A DNA stretch of 32,000 bases from Bacillus subtilis subsp. subtilis str. 168 (lineage in GTDB: Bacteria; Bacillota; Bacilli; Bacillales; Bacillaceae), in contig NC_000964.3 of the NCBI RefSeq assembly GCF_000009045.1, positions 960,001 through 992,000 of the forward strand. The letters run 5' to 3'. Position numbers and translations under genes: made by a program. Of the stretch, positions 7,935 to 17,101 are shown in pieces (positions within the stretch are counted from its first letter, which is position 1; each line of letters opens with the position of its first letter). The notes beneath the pieces were generated by a model. The model did no database searches, was not told the DNA's origin, and saw nothing but the letters and a program-made list of their open reading frames with translations.

Positions 7935-9095
7935 ATGAACGTTTATCAGCTCAAAGAAGAATTAATTGAATACGCGAAAAGCATTGGCGTAGACAAGATT
8001 GGTTTTACGACCGCTGATACTTTTGACAGTTTAAAAGACCGTTTGATTCTTCAAGAATCACTCGGCTATCTCTCCGGCTTTGAAGAGCCAGATATCGAAA
8101 AAAGGGTGACGCCGAAGCTTCTTTTGCCGAAAGCGAAATCAATAGTGGCAATTGCTCTCGCATATCCTTCCAGAATGAAGGATGCGCCGAGAAGCACGAG
8201 AACTGAGCGCAGGGGCATTTTTTGCAGAGCTTCCTGGGGAAAAGACTATCATGATGTGCTGAGGGAAAAGCTTGATCTGCTGGAGGATTTTCTAAAAAGC
8301 AAGCATGAGGATATCAGAACGAAGTCAATGGTTGATACAGGTGAATTGTCTGATCGCGCCGTTGCGGAACGTGCCGGAATCGGATTCAGTGCGAAAAACT
8401 GTATGATCACAACACCCGAGTATGGCTCTTATGTGTATTTGGCGGAAATGATCACAAATATCCCTTTTGAGCCTGATGTGCCGATTGAAGATATGTGCGG
8501 GTCCTGCACGAAATGCTTGGACGCCTGCCCAACGGGAGCACTGGTTAATCCCGGGCAGCTTAATGCGCAGCGCTGCATCTCTTTTCTGACCCAGACAAAA
8601 GGATTTTTGCCTGATGAATTCCGGACAAAAATCGGAAACCGCCTGTACGGGTGCGATACGTGCCAAACGGTATGCCCTCTCAATAAAGGGAAGGATTTTC
8701 ATCTTCATCCGGAAATGGAGCCTGATCCTGAGATTGCCAAACCGTTATTGAAGCCGCTTTTGGCCATCAGCAATCGGGAATTTAAGGAGAAATTCGGGCA
8801 TGTCTCAGGTTCTTGGCGCGGAAAAAAACCGATTCAGCGAAACGCCATTCTCGCGCTTGCCCATTTTAAGGATGCTTCCGCACTGCCTGAATTGACGGAA
8901 CTGATGCACAAGGATCCGCGTCCTGTCATCAGGGGGACAGCCGCATGGGCAATCGGAAAAATCGGAGACCCCGCCTACGCGGAAGAGCTTGAAAAAGCGC
9001 TGGAAAAAGAGAAGGATGAAGAGGCAAAGCTGGAAATTGAAAAAGGAATTGAGTTGCTAAAAGCTTCAGGCATGACTAAACAAGGCCTGTCCTGA
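7935..9095 (+). CDS. queG: Epoxyqueuosine reductase QueG (YhbA)
   Basis: Ferredoxin motifs CGSCTKCLDACP and CGCDTCQTVCP, C-terminal HEAT-like repeats. RBS AAAGGAGG precedes the ATG at 7935. 386 aa. Confidence 0.95.
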   Translation: MNVYQLKEELIEYAKSIGVDKIGFTTADTFDSLKDRLILQESLGYLSGFEEPDIEKRVTPKLLLPKAKSIVAIALAYPSRMKDAPRSTRTERRGIFCRASWGKDYHDVLREKLDLLEDFLKSKHEDIRTKSMVDTGELSDRAVAERAGIGFSAKNCMITTPEYGSYVYLAEMITNIPFEPDVPIEDMCGSCTKCLDACPTGALVNPGQLNAQRCISFLTQTKGFLPDEFRTKIGNRLYGCDTCQTVCPLNKGKDFHLHPEMEPDPEIAKPLLKPLLAISNREFKEKFGHVSGSWRGKKPIQRNAILALAHFKDASALPELTELMHKDPRPVIRGTAAWAIGKIGDPAYAEELEKALEKEKDEEAKLEIEKGIELLKASGMTKQGLS

Positions 9096-9115
9096 CATAC
9101 GTATAGAGCAGAAGG

Positions 9116-9147
9116 AAAAAACACTTGAGATCATCCAAGTGTTTTTT
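9116..9147 (+). terminator. Terminator after queG
   Basis: AAAAACACTTG-agatcat-CCAAGTGTTTTTT. Confidence 0.7.
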
Positions 9148-9179
9148 CTCTATAAAAAAGTATGGCGGGTGGGGTGAGC

Positions 9180-10097
9180 TTGAAGTACATTTTAGAACAA
9201 TTAGCGGAGGAGCGGCTGGGCTTTCTGGTTAACGGGCATGCTATGAGACAGGAGTCTCAAGTCGGAGACCTTAAAGTCATGGAGCGTAAGAAAAAGCTTC
9301 TGGAAAAACGTAAAGTTGACATCATAAAAGCGAAAGCAAAGGCCGTGATTAATCATGTGCGGGTTGAGGATGACGGAACGACCTGCCTTTCGTATACCAT
9401 CCATTACGAATACGTGTGTAAGGAACAAGATGACAGCTTGTATATAGAAGAGCACATAGAGGAGCGAATGGCTTTCCTGTATGATCACATTTTGATTAGT
9501 GATCAGGAAATTGCGAAAAAGCCGGCTGGATTTCATGAAGGGACCAGTATTATTGACTATTCTGAAGCTGAAGAGGAAAGAGAAGCGTTTGGCAGGGCTT
9601 TTCAATACGATCGTCTCGGCGCTGTCCAATATGCCGAGAAATTTTGGAACAAGCGCAATCCTGCTTATAAAAATTTCAGCGATAACTGTACAAATTTTAT
9701 TTCTCAGTGTCTTCATGCAGGAGGCGCGCCGATGCGCGGTCATCCGAACAGGGGATCAGGCTGGTGGATGAAACAAAGCTCATGGAGCTACAGCTGGACG
9801 GTGGCTCACTCTATGAAAATGTATTTGTCGAATTCAAAGGCCGGACTGCGTGCGGTGCGGGTGAAATCAGCGGAAGAACTGATGCCGGGCGATGTGATTT
9901 GCTATGACTTCGAAGGAGACGGCCGGTTTAATCATACAACGATTGTCGTGGCAAAGGACAAAGGCAATATGCCGCTTGTCAACGCCCAGACTTATGACAG
10001 CAGGATGAGGTATTGGTCATATGAGGATTCTACGGCATACACGCCGTCAATACGATATGCCTTTTTTCATATCGTTGATGATACGACAAAAGAGTAA
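9180..10097 (+). CDS. yhbB: Putative amidase-domain protein YhbB
   Basis: AVQYAEKFWNKRNPAYKNFSDNCTNFISQCLHAGGAPM...GWWM matches the Amidase_6 (NlpC/P60-like) pattern. The TTG at 9180 follows GGGTGGGGTGA. Confidence 0.85.
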   Translation: MKYILEQLAEERLGFLVNGHAMRQESQVGDLKVMERKKKLLEKRKVDIIKAKAKAVINHVRVEDDGTTCLSYTIHYEYVCKEQDDSLYIEEHIEERMAFLYDHILISDQEIAKKPAGFHEGTSIIDYSEAEEEREAFGRAFQYDRLGAVQYAEKFWNKRNPAYKNFSDNCTNFISQCLHAGGAPMRGHPNRGSGWWMKQSSWSYSWTVAHSMKMYLSNSKAGLRAVRVKSAEELMPGDVICYDFEGDGRFNHTTIVVAKDKGNMPLVNAQTYDSRMRYWSYEDSTAYTPSIRYAFFHIVDDTTKE

Positions 10098-10143
10098 TTA
10101 ATGTTATAATGATGGGCGGATAAGAAAAACAGAGGTGAACATT

Positions 10144-10617
10144 GTGGCATTACATGTCGTTTTATATCAACCAGAAATTCCCGCTAACACAGGGAATATT
10201 GCACGTACTTGTGCAGCAACCAATACAACGCTACACCTGATTCGTCCGCTCGGCTTTTCAACGGATGATAAAATGCTGAAGCGTGCCGGACTCGATTATT
10301 GGGAGTTTGTTAACGTTGTGTATCATGATTCGTTAGAAGAATTGTTTGAGGCATATAAAAAAGGCAAGTTTTTCTTTATTACAAAATTTGGCCAGCAGCC
10401 TCATACATCATTTGATTACACTGATCTTGACGAGGATTATTTCTTCGTGTTCGGAAGAGAAACAAGCGGTTTGCCAAAGGATTTAATTCAAAATAATATG
10501 GACCGCTGCCTGCGTCTTCCGATGACAGAGCATGTCAGATCGTTAAATCTGTCCAATACTGCCGCGATTCTTGTTTATGAAGCGCTGCGCCAGCAAAATT
10601 ACCGTGATTTAAAATAG
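10144..10617 (+). CDS. trmL: tRNA (cytidine/uridine-2'-O-)-methyltransferase TrmL (CspR), SPOUT family
   Basis: LYQPEIPANTGNIARTCAATNTTLHLIRPLGF...FGRETSGLP...LRLPM...SLNLSNTAAILVYEALRQ. GAGGTG precedes the GTG at 10144. The GTG at 10135 (160 aa) is the alternative start. Confidence 0.93.
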   Translation: MALHVVLYQPEIPANTGNIARTCAATNTTLHLIRPLGFSTDDKMLKRAGLDYWEFVNVVYHDSLEELFEAYKKGKFFFITKFGQQPHTSFDYTDLDEDYFFVFGRETSGLPKDLIQNNMDRCLRLPMTEHVRSLNLSNTAAILVYEALRQQNYRDLK

Positions 10618-10654
10618 TGAAAAACCCGCTCATCGATGATGGGCGGGTTTTTTT
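10618..10654 (+). terminator. Terminator after trmL
   Basis: AAAAACCCGCTCATC-gat-GATGGGCGGGTTTTTTT, GC-rich stem plus U-tract. Confidence 0.8.
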
Positions 10655-10688
10655 GCGGATGTTGAAATGCTTTGTTTCGTTTTTGGGC

Positions 10689-10717
10689 TTAACAACGTAA
10701 CAGTGTTATGTTACAAT
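10689..10717 (+). promoter_or_regulatory. SigA promoter of the yhbD-bacE-bacF operon with a dyad in the spacer
   Basis: TTAACA (10689-10694), 17-nt spacer, TACAAT (10712-10717). The inverted repeat GTAACA-GTGTTA-TGTTAC lies at 10697-10714. Confidence 0.6.
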
Positions 10718-10741
10718 GTACCCATCAAAGGAGCTGGACTT

Positions 10742-11383
10742 ATGGAAGAACAATTAATCTCTAAAAAAGAATTACTTGAAAGAACATCGATTTCATACGG
10801 TCAGCTGTATCGATGGAAGCGGAAAAACTTAATACCTGAGGAATGGTTTATTCGTAAATCCACATTTACAGGGCAAGAGACGTTTTTTCCGAGAGAGGAG
10901 ATTTTAAAACGTATATCAATGATTCAAAAGATGAAAGAAAATTTGTCTTTGGATGAAATGAGGGAAATGCTGTCGCCGAAAATGAAGGATGTCAGCATGA
11001 CCGCTGATGAATTGCTTCATAAAGGTTTGGTTTCAAGGCCTGCTCTTGAAGCCTATTCAGAAGACGGAGGAAGTCCGGTTTTTTCATCCAGCGATTTGCT
11101 TTCGCTGTTTGTGCTTGAGGGCCTGCTGCAGTCTGGAAATGTCAGCCTTGCAGAAGCAAAAATGGCTGCAGAGGTATTAAAGAAGCATGATACTGAAGAG
11201 ATTGAAAAACAGACGGAGCTGATTGTGCTCCGCAAGCTCGGTGTCACAACTTGTTTTATAGCGGCTGCGGCGGACAGCATTTTGTTTGAATCATCCGTAA
11301 AGGTTGTGGAACGGGTAGATTTATTAAAAGCTTCAGAGGAATTAAAAACAACATTTATGCAGGAGGGCCATCAATGGATGTAG
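10742..11383 (+). CDS. yhbD: YhbD, MerR-like HTH protein encoded upstream of the bactofilin genes
   Basis: [66 protein letters not shown] is a MerR-type HTH. AAGGAG precedes the ATG at 10742. Confidence 0.8.
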
Positions 11384-12087
11384 TGGAAAAGCTGGTGATA
11401 AATGGATCAGGAAGTTCTAAGGGAGGAACATTTCAATCAGTTGAGATTAATGGCAGCGGGACAGTGGCCGGGGACGTGGAGTGTGACACTTTTTCTTTTA
11501 ATGGAAACGGAAAAGCGGACGGCAGCGTCAAAGCGAAAGCGGTAACTATCAGCGGTTCAGGAAAGATACATGGAGACGTTGAAGCAGAATCTATCCGGAT
11601 GAATGGCACTGGTTTTATTCAAGGAGAGGTATCTGCAAAACAATTGAAAATCGCTGGATCATCAACATTTGGCGGCACTGTCAAGGCTGATGGAATTGAC
11701 ATTAGCGGAAAAGCTGTCATGGAAGCAGATTGTGAAACAGAAACCTTTCAATCAGAAGGGAAATGCAAAATCAGCGGGCTTTTAAATGCAGACCAGGTGA
11801 TCATTAAGCTTTCTGCAGGGGAAAGCTATGCGCGGGAGATCGGCTGCCGCCATCTTCAAGTGACCTGCAGAAAAGGAATGCTGACATTGCTCAGATTGAT
11901 GCCGCAGCCTGTTCTAACAGCAGAGCTGATCGAAGGTGACGTGATTGAATTGACAAATACAAAGGCGAAAACCGTGCGCGGTAATAAAGTGATCATCGGC
12001 CCGGATTGCCAGATTGAAACCGTCGAATACAGCGGGGACTATACCTGTGATCCAAGCGCGTCGGTTGAAACATCCACAAAGTTGTAA
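11374..12087 (+). CDS. bacE: Bactofilin-family protein BacE (YhbE)
   Basis: Repetitive right-handed beta-helix pattern ([50 protein letters not shown]). Overlaps the yhbD 3' end by 10 bp. Confidence 0.9.
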
Positions 12088-12098
12088 GGAGGATCGTA

Positions 12099-12806
12099 AT
12101 GGAGACAACAAAACTGGGAAATTTAAAATTATATGGCGCTGGGCATGCCGCAGGAGGCGCGTATCACAATGTCAGCATCAAAGGAGAAGGTATAGTTGGA
12201 GAAGGGCTGTCTGCTGTAGGCTGCCGCATATACGGAACGGGCCTTTTTCTCGGAAAAGCAGAGACTGAGCGGCTGCGTGTGCTCGGAGAAAGTGAATGTA
12301 AAGGCGATCTGACAGCCGGCAAAATCAATATATATGGGACAATGAAAGTCAGCGGCTCACTTCAATTTGATCGATTCAATCTGAAAGGCCAGACTGAAAT
12401 TGGCGGGAATATGACTGGAGAATCCTGCGATGTGAAAGGGAAGCTTAGCGTAATAGGTGATTGTGAAACAGAAATGTTCCATGTCACAGGCTGTGTTGAT
12501 GTATCGGGGTTATTAAATTCGGGTGAGATCAAGCTGGGATTGAGCCATGATATAAGCCATGTGCAGGAAATCGGCGGAACAACAATTACAGTGAAAAGAC
12601 GCGCGAGTTTTTTTAGCCGGAAGAAAGGGAAGCTGATCGCCGATGTCATAGAAGGAGATCGGGTTTATTTGGAGAATACCGAAGCGGCAGTTGTCAGGGG
12701 AAAAGAAGTGATCATCGGGCCGGGATGCAGCATCGGAACGATTGAGTACGAATACAAATGTGAATGCGATCCGCATTCACAGATTAAAGAAAAAACAAAA
12801 CTGTAA
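12099..12806 (+). CDS. bacF: Bactofilin-family protein BacF (YhbF)
   Basis: Bactofilin-like repeats, a paralogue of the preceding gene. GGAGG precedes the ATG. Confidence 0.9.
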   Translation: METTKLGNLKLYGAGHAAGGAYHNVSIKGEGIVGEGLSAVGCRIYGTGLFLGKAETERLRVLGESECKGDLTAGKINIYGTMKVSGSLQFDRFNLKGQTEIGGNMTGESCDVKGKLSVIGDCETEMFHVTGCVDVSGLLNSGEIKLGLSHDISHVQEIGGTTITVKRRASFFSRKKGKLIADVIEGDRVYLENTEAAVVRGKEVIIGPGCSIGTIEYEYKCECDPHSQIKEKTKL

Positions 12807-12824
12807 AACATTGTTCTGTTATAC

Positions 12825-12857
12825 AAAAAGGGTGCTCTTTCAGGAGCACCCTTTTTT
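12825..12857. terminator. Bidirectional terminator after bacF
   Basis: AAAAAGGGTGCTC (12825-12837) / GAGCACCCTTTTT (12844-12856), perfect 13-bp stem with A/T tracts on both sides. Confidence 0.85.
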
Positions 12858-12945
12858 ATTCTTTTCCAGGCTTGCTTTCGTATCCTGCGGTAAAAATTGA
12901 TACTAAAAAAGTGACAATGACACCCATCATGATGATTGTTTTCAC
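12856..12945 (-). CDS. Candidate 29-aa hydrophobic mini-protein, not in the supplied ORF track
   Basis: The reverse complement reads GGGGGAGAGAC-GTG AAA ACA ATC ATC ATG ATG GGT... = MKTIIMMGVIVTFLVSIFTAGYESKPGKE*. Strong RBS, single TM-like segment, and the stop abuts the bidirectional terminator. Confidence 0.55.
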   Translation of the reverse strand: MKTIIMMGVIVTFLVSIFTAGYESKPGKE

Positions 12946-13155
12946 CGTCTCTCCCCCTCTTCAATTTTTCCGTGCTGTCCGAGTCTGGATGATTCTGTAT
13001 TTTTCTTTATTATGAACGGTCGCAGTCTGCCTTGTCAACGATGTATGAGTATCTTTATTTTTAAGAAACCAAAGCATGTATCACGAGATGGCGGCATAGA
13101 TTGTATCAAAGTACCTTATTTGCATAGTGTATCAAACATGATAGAGGAGGTCCTT

Positions 13156-15051
13156 ATGGATATATTAAAGAAAATTGAAAAGTACAGAGAGGAAGAGCAG
13201 CGGCTGAAATGGGAAGGAACTTTCGCCGATTATTTGGAGATTATTAAAGAAAATCCGATGGTCGCGCAATCTGCTCATTCTCGAGTTTTTAATATGATAA
13301 AAGACAGCGGGATAGAGGAGATTGACGGACGCAAGAAGTACAGTTTTTTTGACCGCGAGCTGTTCGGGCTTGAAGAATCTCTGGAGCGTCTTGTGGAAGA
13401 GTATTTTCATCCGGCTGCCAAACGTCTAGATGTCAGAAAGCGGATTCTATTGCTGATGGGGCCTGTGAGCGGCGGTAAATCCACGCTGGTCACAATGCTT
13501 AAAAAAGGTCTCGAAGCGTACACGCTGACAGATAATGGCGCTGTATATGCGATTAAAGGCTGCCCGATGCACGAGGACCCTCTACATTTAATCCCCCATC
13601 ATTTACGCGATGACTTTTACAGAGAATACGGCATTAGAATAGAAGGAAGTCTTTCTCCTTTAAATGTCATGAGGCTGGAGGAAGAGTACGGAGGAAGAAT
13701 TGAGGATGTGAAGGTGGAGCGCATCTTCTTTTCAGAAGATAAGCGTACGGGAATTGGAACATTCAGTCCCTCTGATCCGAAATCTCAGGATATTGCCGAT
13801 TTGACGGGGAGTATTGATTTCTCAACAATCGCCGAGTACGGTTCAGAATCAGATCCGCGCGCTTATCGATTTGACGGAGAGCTGAATAAAGCGAACCGCG
13901 GGATGATGGAGTTTCAGGAGATGCTGAAATGTGATGAGAAATTTCTCTGGCATTTGCTTTCCTTGACACAGGAAGGGAATTTTAAAGCTGGGCGGTTTGC
14001 GTTAATTTCTGCTGATGAGCTGATCGTGGCTCACACGAATGAAACGGAGTATCGCTCATTTATTTCTAATAAGAAGAATGAAGCCCTGCACTCAAGAATC
14101 ATCGTGATGCCGGTTCCTTATAATTTAAAAGTGTCTGAGGAAGAGAGAATTTATGAAAAAATGATTGCAGAAAGCGATGTGGCGGATGTTCATATTGCCC
14201 CGCATACGTTGAAGGTCGCCGCGATGTTCTCAATCCTTACCCGGTTAAAAGAGCCGAAGCGGTCGGATATTGATCTGGTCAAGAAAATGAGACTGTATGA
14301 TGGGGAAAGTGTGGAAGGATATAACTCTGTCGACGTTGAGGATATGAAAAAAGAATATAATGATGAAGGCATGAGCGGAATTGATCCGCGGTACGTGATC
14401 AACCGGATTTCTTCAACGATTATCAGAAAAAATATGGAATCGATTAATTCTCTCGATGTCCTTCGCTCCTTAAAAGAAGGTCTTGATCAGCACCCATCAA
14501 TTTCAAGCGAGGACAGGGAGCGGTATTTGAATTTTATCTCTGCCGCCCGCAAGGAATATGACGATATTGCGAAAAAGGAAGTTCAAAAAGCGTTTGTTTA
14601 TTCATATGAAGAATCAGCAAAAACACTTATGGACAATTACCTCGATAACGTAGAGGCCTATTGCAATAAAAACAAGCTTCGTGATCCTTTGACAGGAGAG
14701 GAAATGAACCCTGACGAAAAGCTGATGAGATCCATCGAAGAGCAGATCGGCATTTCGGAAAACGCCAAAAAAGCGTTCCGCGAAGAAATTTTAATCCGCA
14801 TCTCGGCCTATGCGAGAAAAGGCAAGCGGTTTGATTACAATTCCCATGAAAGACTGCGTGAAGCTATTCAGAAAAAGCTGTTTGCTGATCTGAAGGATGT
14901 CGTTAAAATTACGACCTCAACAAAAACGCCGGATGAGCAGCAGCTGAAAAAGGTAAATGAAGTCGTGGCCCGTTTAATTGATGAGCACGGCTACAACTCG
15001 ACGAGCGCCAATGAGCTGCTGAAATATGTCGGCAGCCTGCTGAACCGATAA
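13156..15051 (+). CDS. prkA: PrkA, sporulation-associated AAA+ protein
   Basis: 631 aa. GPVSGGKSTLVTMLKKGLE P-loop, DGRKKYSFFDRELFGLEESL and other PrkA signatures. The ATG at 13156 follows GAGGAGG. The 48-aa upstream extension in the track lacks support. Confidence 0.93.
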   Translation: MDILKKIEKYREEEQRLKWEGTFADYLEIIKENPMVAQSAHSRVFNMIKDSGIEEIDGRKKYSFFDRELFGLEESLERLVEEYFHPAAKRLDVRKRILLLMGPVSGGKSTLVTMLKKGLEAYTLTDNGAVYAIKGCPMHEDPLHLIPHHLRDDFYREYGIRIEGSLSPLNVMRLEEEYGGRIEDVKVERIFFSEDKRTGIGTFSPSDPKSQDIADLTGSIDFSTIAEYGSESDPRAYRFDGELNKANRGMMEFQEMLKCDEKFLWHLLSLTQEGNFKAGRFALISADELIVAHTNETEYRSFISNKKNEALHSRIIVMPVPYNLKVSEEERIYEKMIAESDVADVHIAPHTLKVAAMFSILTRLKEPKRSDIDLVKKMRLYDGESVEGYNSVDVEDMKKEYNDEGMSGIDPRYVINRISSTIIRKNMESINSLDVLRSLKEGLDQHPSISSEDRERYLNFISAARKEYDDIAKKEVQKAFVYSYEESAKTLMDNYLDNVEAYCNKNKLRDPLTGEEMNPDEKLMRSIEEQIGISENAKKAFREEILIRISAYARKGKRFDYNSHERLREAIQKKLFADLKDVVKITTSTKTPDEQQLKKVNEVVARLIDEHGYNSTSANELLKYVGSLLNR

Positions 15052-15059
15052 GCAACGTG

Positions 15060-15087
15060 ACCCGTCCGAATAGGGCGGGTTATTTTG
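15060..15087 (+). terminator. Terminator after prkA
   Basis: ACCCGTCC-gaata-GGGCGGGT followed by TATTTTGT. The U-tract is weak. Confidence 0.45.
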
Positions 15088-15230
15088 TCCCATTTTCTAA
15101 ATAGTTTGTCAATTAAACGTGCATATGTGCATATGATGAATATAAATCTTTTCAAAAGACTTGTTTCATAATCTGGCACAAGCCGGAATACGTATGTATC
15201 ACGACCACAAATGGTTAAGGAGGGGAATTC

Positions 15231-16409
15231 ATGTCCCAAAATGACAGCGGCCATTTTTTGATTTCTGAGGAAAACTGGTCCCTCCATCGCAAAGGCTTCG
15301 ATGACCAGCAGCGCCACCAGAAAAAAGTGCAGGAAGCGATCAAAAACAATCTTCCGGACCTCGTAACTGAGGAAAGCATTATTATGTCTAATGGAAAAGA
15401 TGTAGTGAAGATCCCAATCCGTTCACTTGATGAGTATAAAATCCGTTATAACTATGATAAAAATAAACATGTAGGGCAAGGAGACGGCGAGAGCCAGGTT
15501 GGAGATGTTGTGGCCCGGGATGGATCAGACAAAAAACAAGGGCCTGGAAAAGGGCAGGGTGCCGGTGATCAGGCAGGCGAGGATTATTATGAAGCGGAAG
15601 TTTCATTAATGGATTTAGAAGAAGCGCTTTTTAAAGAATTAGAGCTTCCGAATCTCCAGCAAAAAGAGCGGGACAATATCATTCATACAGATATCGAGTT
15701 TAATGATATCCGTAAAACAGGGTTAACCGGTAATATTGATAAGAAAAGAACGATGATGTCAGCCTTTAAACGAAACGCAATGTCAGGAAAACCGTCGTTC
15801 TACCCAATTTATCCGGAGGACCTGAAATATAAGACGTGGAATGACATCACAAAGCCCGAATCAAAAGCCGTCGTTTTAGCCATGATGGATACAAGCGGCA
15901 GTATGGGGGTTTGGGAAAAATACATGGCCAGAAGCTTCTTTTTCTGGATGACCCGTTTTTTGCGGACAAAATACGAGACTGTGGAAATTGAATTTATTGC
16001 CCATCATACAGAAGCAAGAGTGGTCTCGGAGGAGGATTTTTTCTCAAAGGGAGAAAGCGGCGGAACAATTTGTTCTTCCGTATATCGGAAGTCGCTTGAG
16101 CTTATTGATGAAAAGTACAATCCCGCCCGCTATAACATTTACCCGTTTCATTTTTCTGACGGTGACAACCTGACATCTGATAACGCGCGCTGTGTGAAGC
16201 TGGTCAATGATATTATGAAGAAGGCCAATCTGTTTTGCTACGGCGAGGTCAATCAGTACAACAGGCATTCAACGTTAATGTCTGCATATAAAAATGTAAA
16301 AGATGAGAAATTTAAGTACTATATTTTAAAACAGAAATCTGATGTTTTTCAGGCTCTAAAGAACTTTTTCAGAAATGAAGAGTCTGGTGTAAGCCATCAA
16401 TTTTCGTAA
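15231..16409 (+). CDS. yhbH: YhbH, DUF444/von Willebrand A-like sporulation-associated protein
   Basis: 392 aa, DUF444-type with [17 protein letters not shown]-like motif. Downstream of prkA. GGAGGGG RBS. Confidence 0.92.
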
Positions 16410-16411
16410 TG

Positions 16412-16437
16412 AAAAGCCCATTTCAGGGCTTTTTTTT
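16412..16437 (+). terminator. Terminator after yhbH
   Basis: AAAAGCCC-atttca-GGGCTTTTTTTT. Confidence 0.75.
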
Positions 16438-16497
16438 ATTTAATAAAAGCAAGAAAACGCTTGCGAAAAAAATACGGGAGAAAAAGAAATTTTTCCT

Positions 16498-16526
16498 TTG
16501 ACAAATCTTCTTTCATTTATTAATAT
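16498..16526 (+). promoter_or_regulatory. Consensus SigA promoter of the yhbIJ-yhcA operon
   Basis: TTGACA (16498-16503), 17-nt spacer, TAATAT (16521-16526). Confidence 0.75.
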
Positions 16527-16568
16527 TTTATCTTGTGAACTATTATTGAGGAATGAGGTGAAAAGGAG

Positions 16569-17033
16569 TTGACTGAATCAGAACGTGCTTTGCTCACTTT
16601 TGAACAGCTCTTCGATACGTCTCGGGCGATATATAAAAAACAGAAGAAGATATTGGAGATTGTGCTTGAGCCTTTTGATATTACAGTCCTTCAATATTTG
16701 CTGATGTTTAAAATTCATCAAAGCGGAAGCACCCCGCTAAGCAAGCTGGCAATGTCGCTTGATCTTAAGCCTGCTTCTGTGACGCGGATGACAGATATTC
16801 TGTATAAGCGCCAATTGATGAATCGATATGACAGTCCGGATGACCGCCGTATCGTCATGATTCAGTTAACCGAAGAGGGGGAAGAACTGATAGAAAAAGC
16901 CGCTGTGCAATATGCAAAAATGGGTGCTGGCTTGTACCAAAAGCTTGATACCTCCCAGCTGCAGTATTTGCGCAAACTAGCCGGAAGTTTAACGAAGCTT
17001 GCTGAAGGCTGTTCAGAAAAAAGCGGTAATTAA
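16569..17033 (+). CDS. yhbI: MarR-family transcriptional regulator YhbI
   Basis: Winged helix with LKPASVTRMTDILYKRQLMNRYDSPDDRRIVMIQLTEEG (classic MarR wing). TTG start with GAGGTG upstream. Confidence 0.88.
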   Translation: MTESERALLTFEQLFDTSRAIYKKQKKILEIVLEPFDITVLQYLLMFKIHQSGSTPLSKLAMSLDLKPASVTRMTDILYKRQLMNRYDSPDDRRIVMIQLTEEGEELIEKAAVQYAKMGAGLYQKLDTSQLQYLRKLAGSLTKLAEGCSEKSGN

Positions 17034-17101
17034 AAACTTCTCACATATTTTCACCAGCTTTCCGCAAAATGATAGAGGATGAAACGAAAGGAGAAAACAA
17101 A

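Noticed and set aside
8325-8708. Antisense ORFs inside queG, and similar shadows in katA, ssuA, yhcA, cspR/yhbB, tcyP and yhcR
   Set aside because: They lack an RBS and recognisable domains, and sit on the opposite strand of well-supported genes with normal codon structure.
13012-13155. 48-aa N-terminal extension of PrkA
   Set aside because: There is no convincing RBS at 13012. The ATG at 13156 is preceded by GAGGAGG and gives a canonical PrkA start.
16450-16467. cre-like sequence AAGAAAACGCTTGCGAAA upstream of yhbI
   Set aside because: It departs from the CcpA consensus at about three conserved positions. Too weak to claim.
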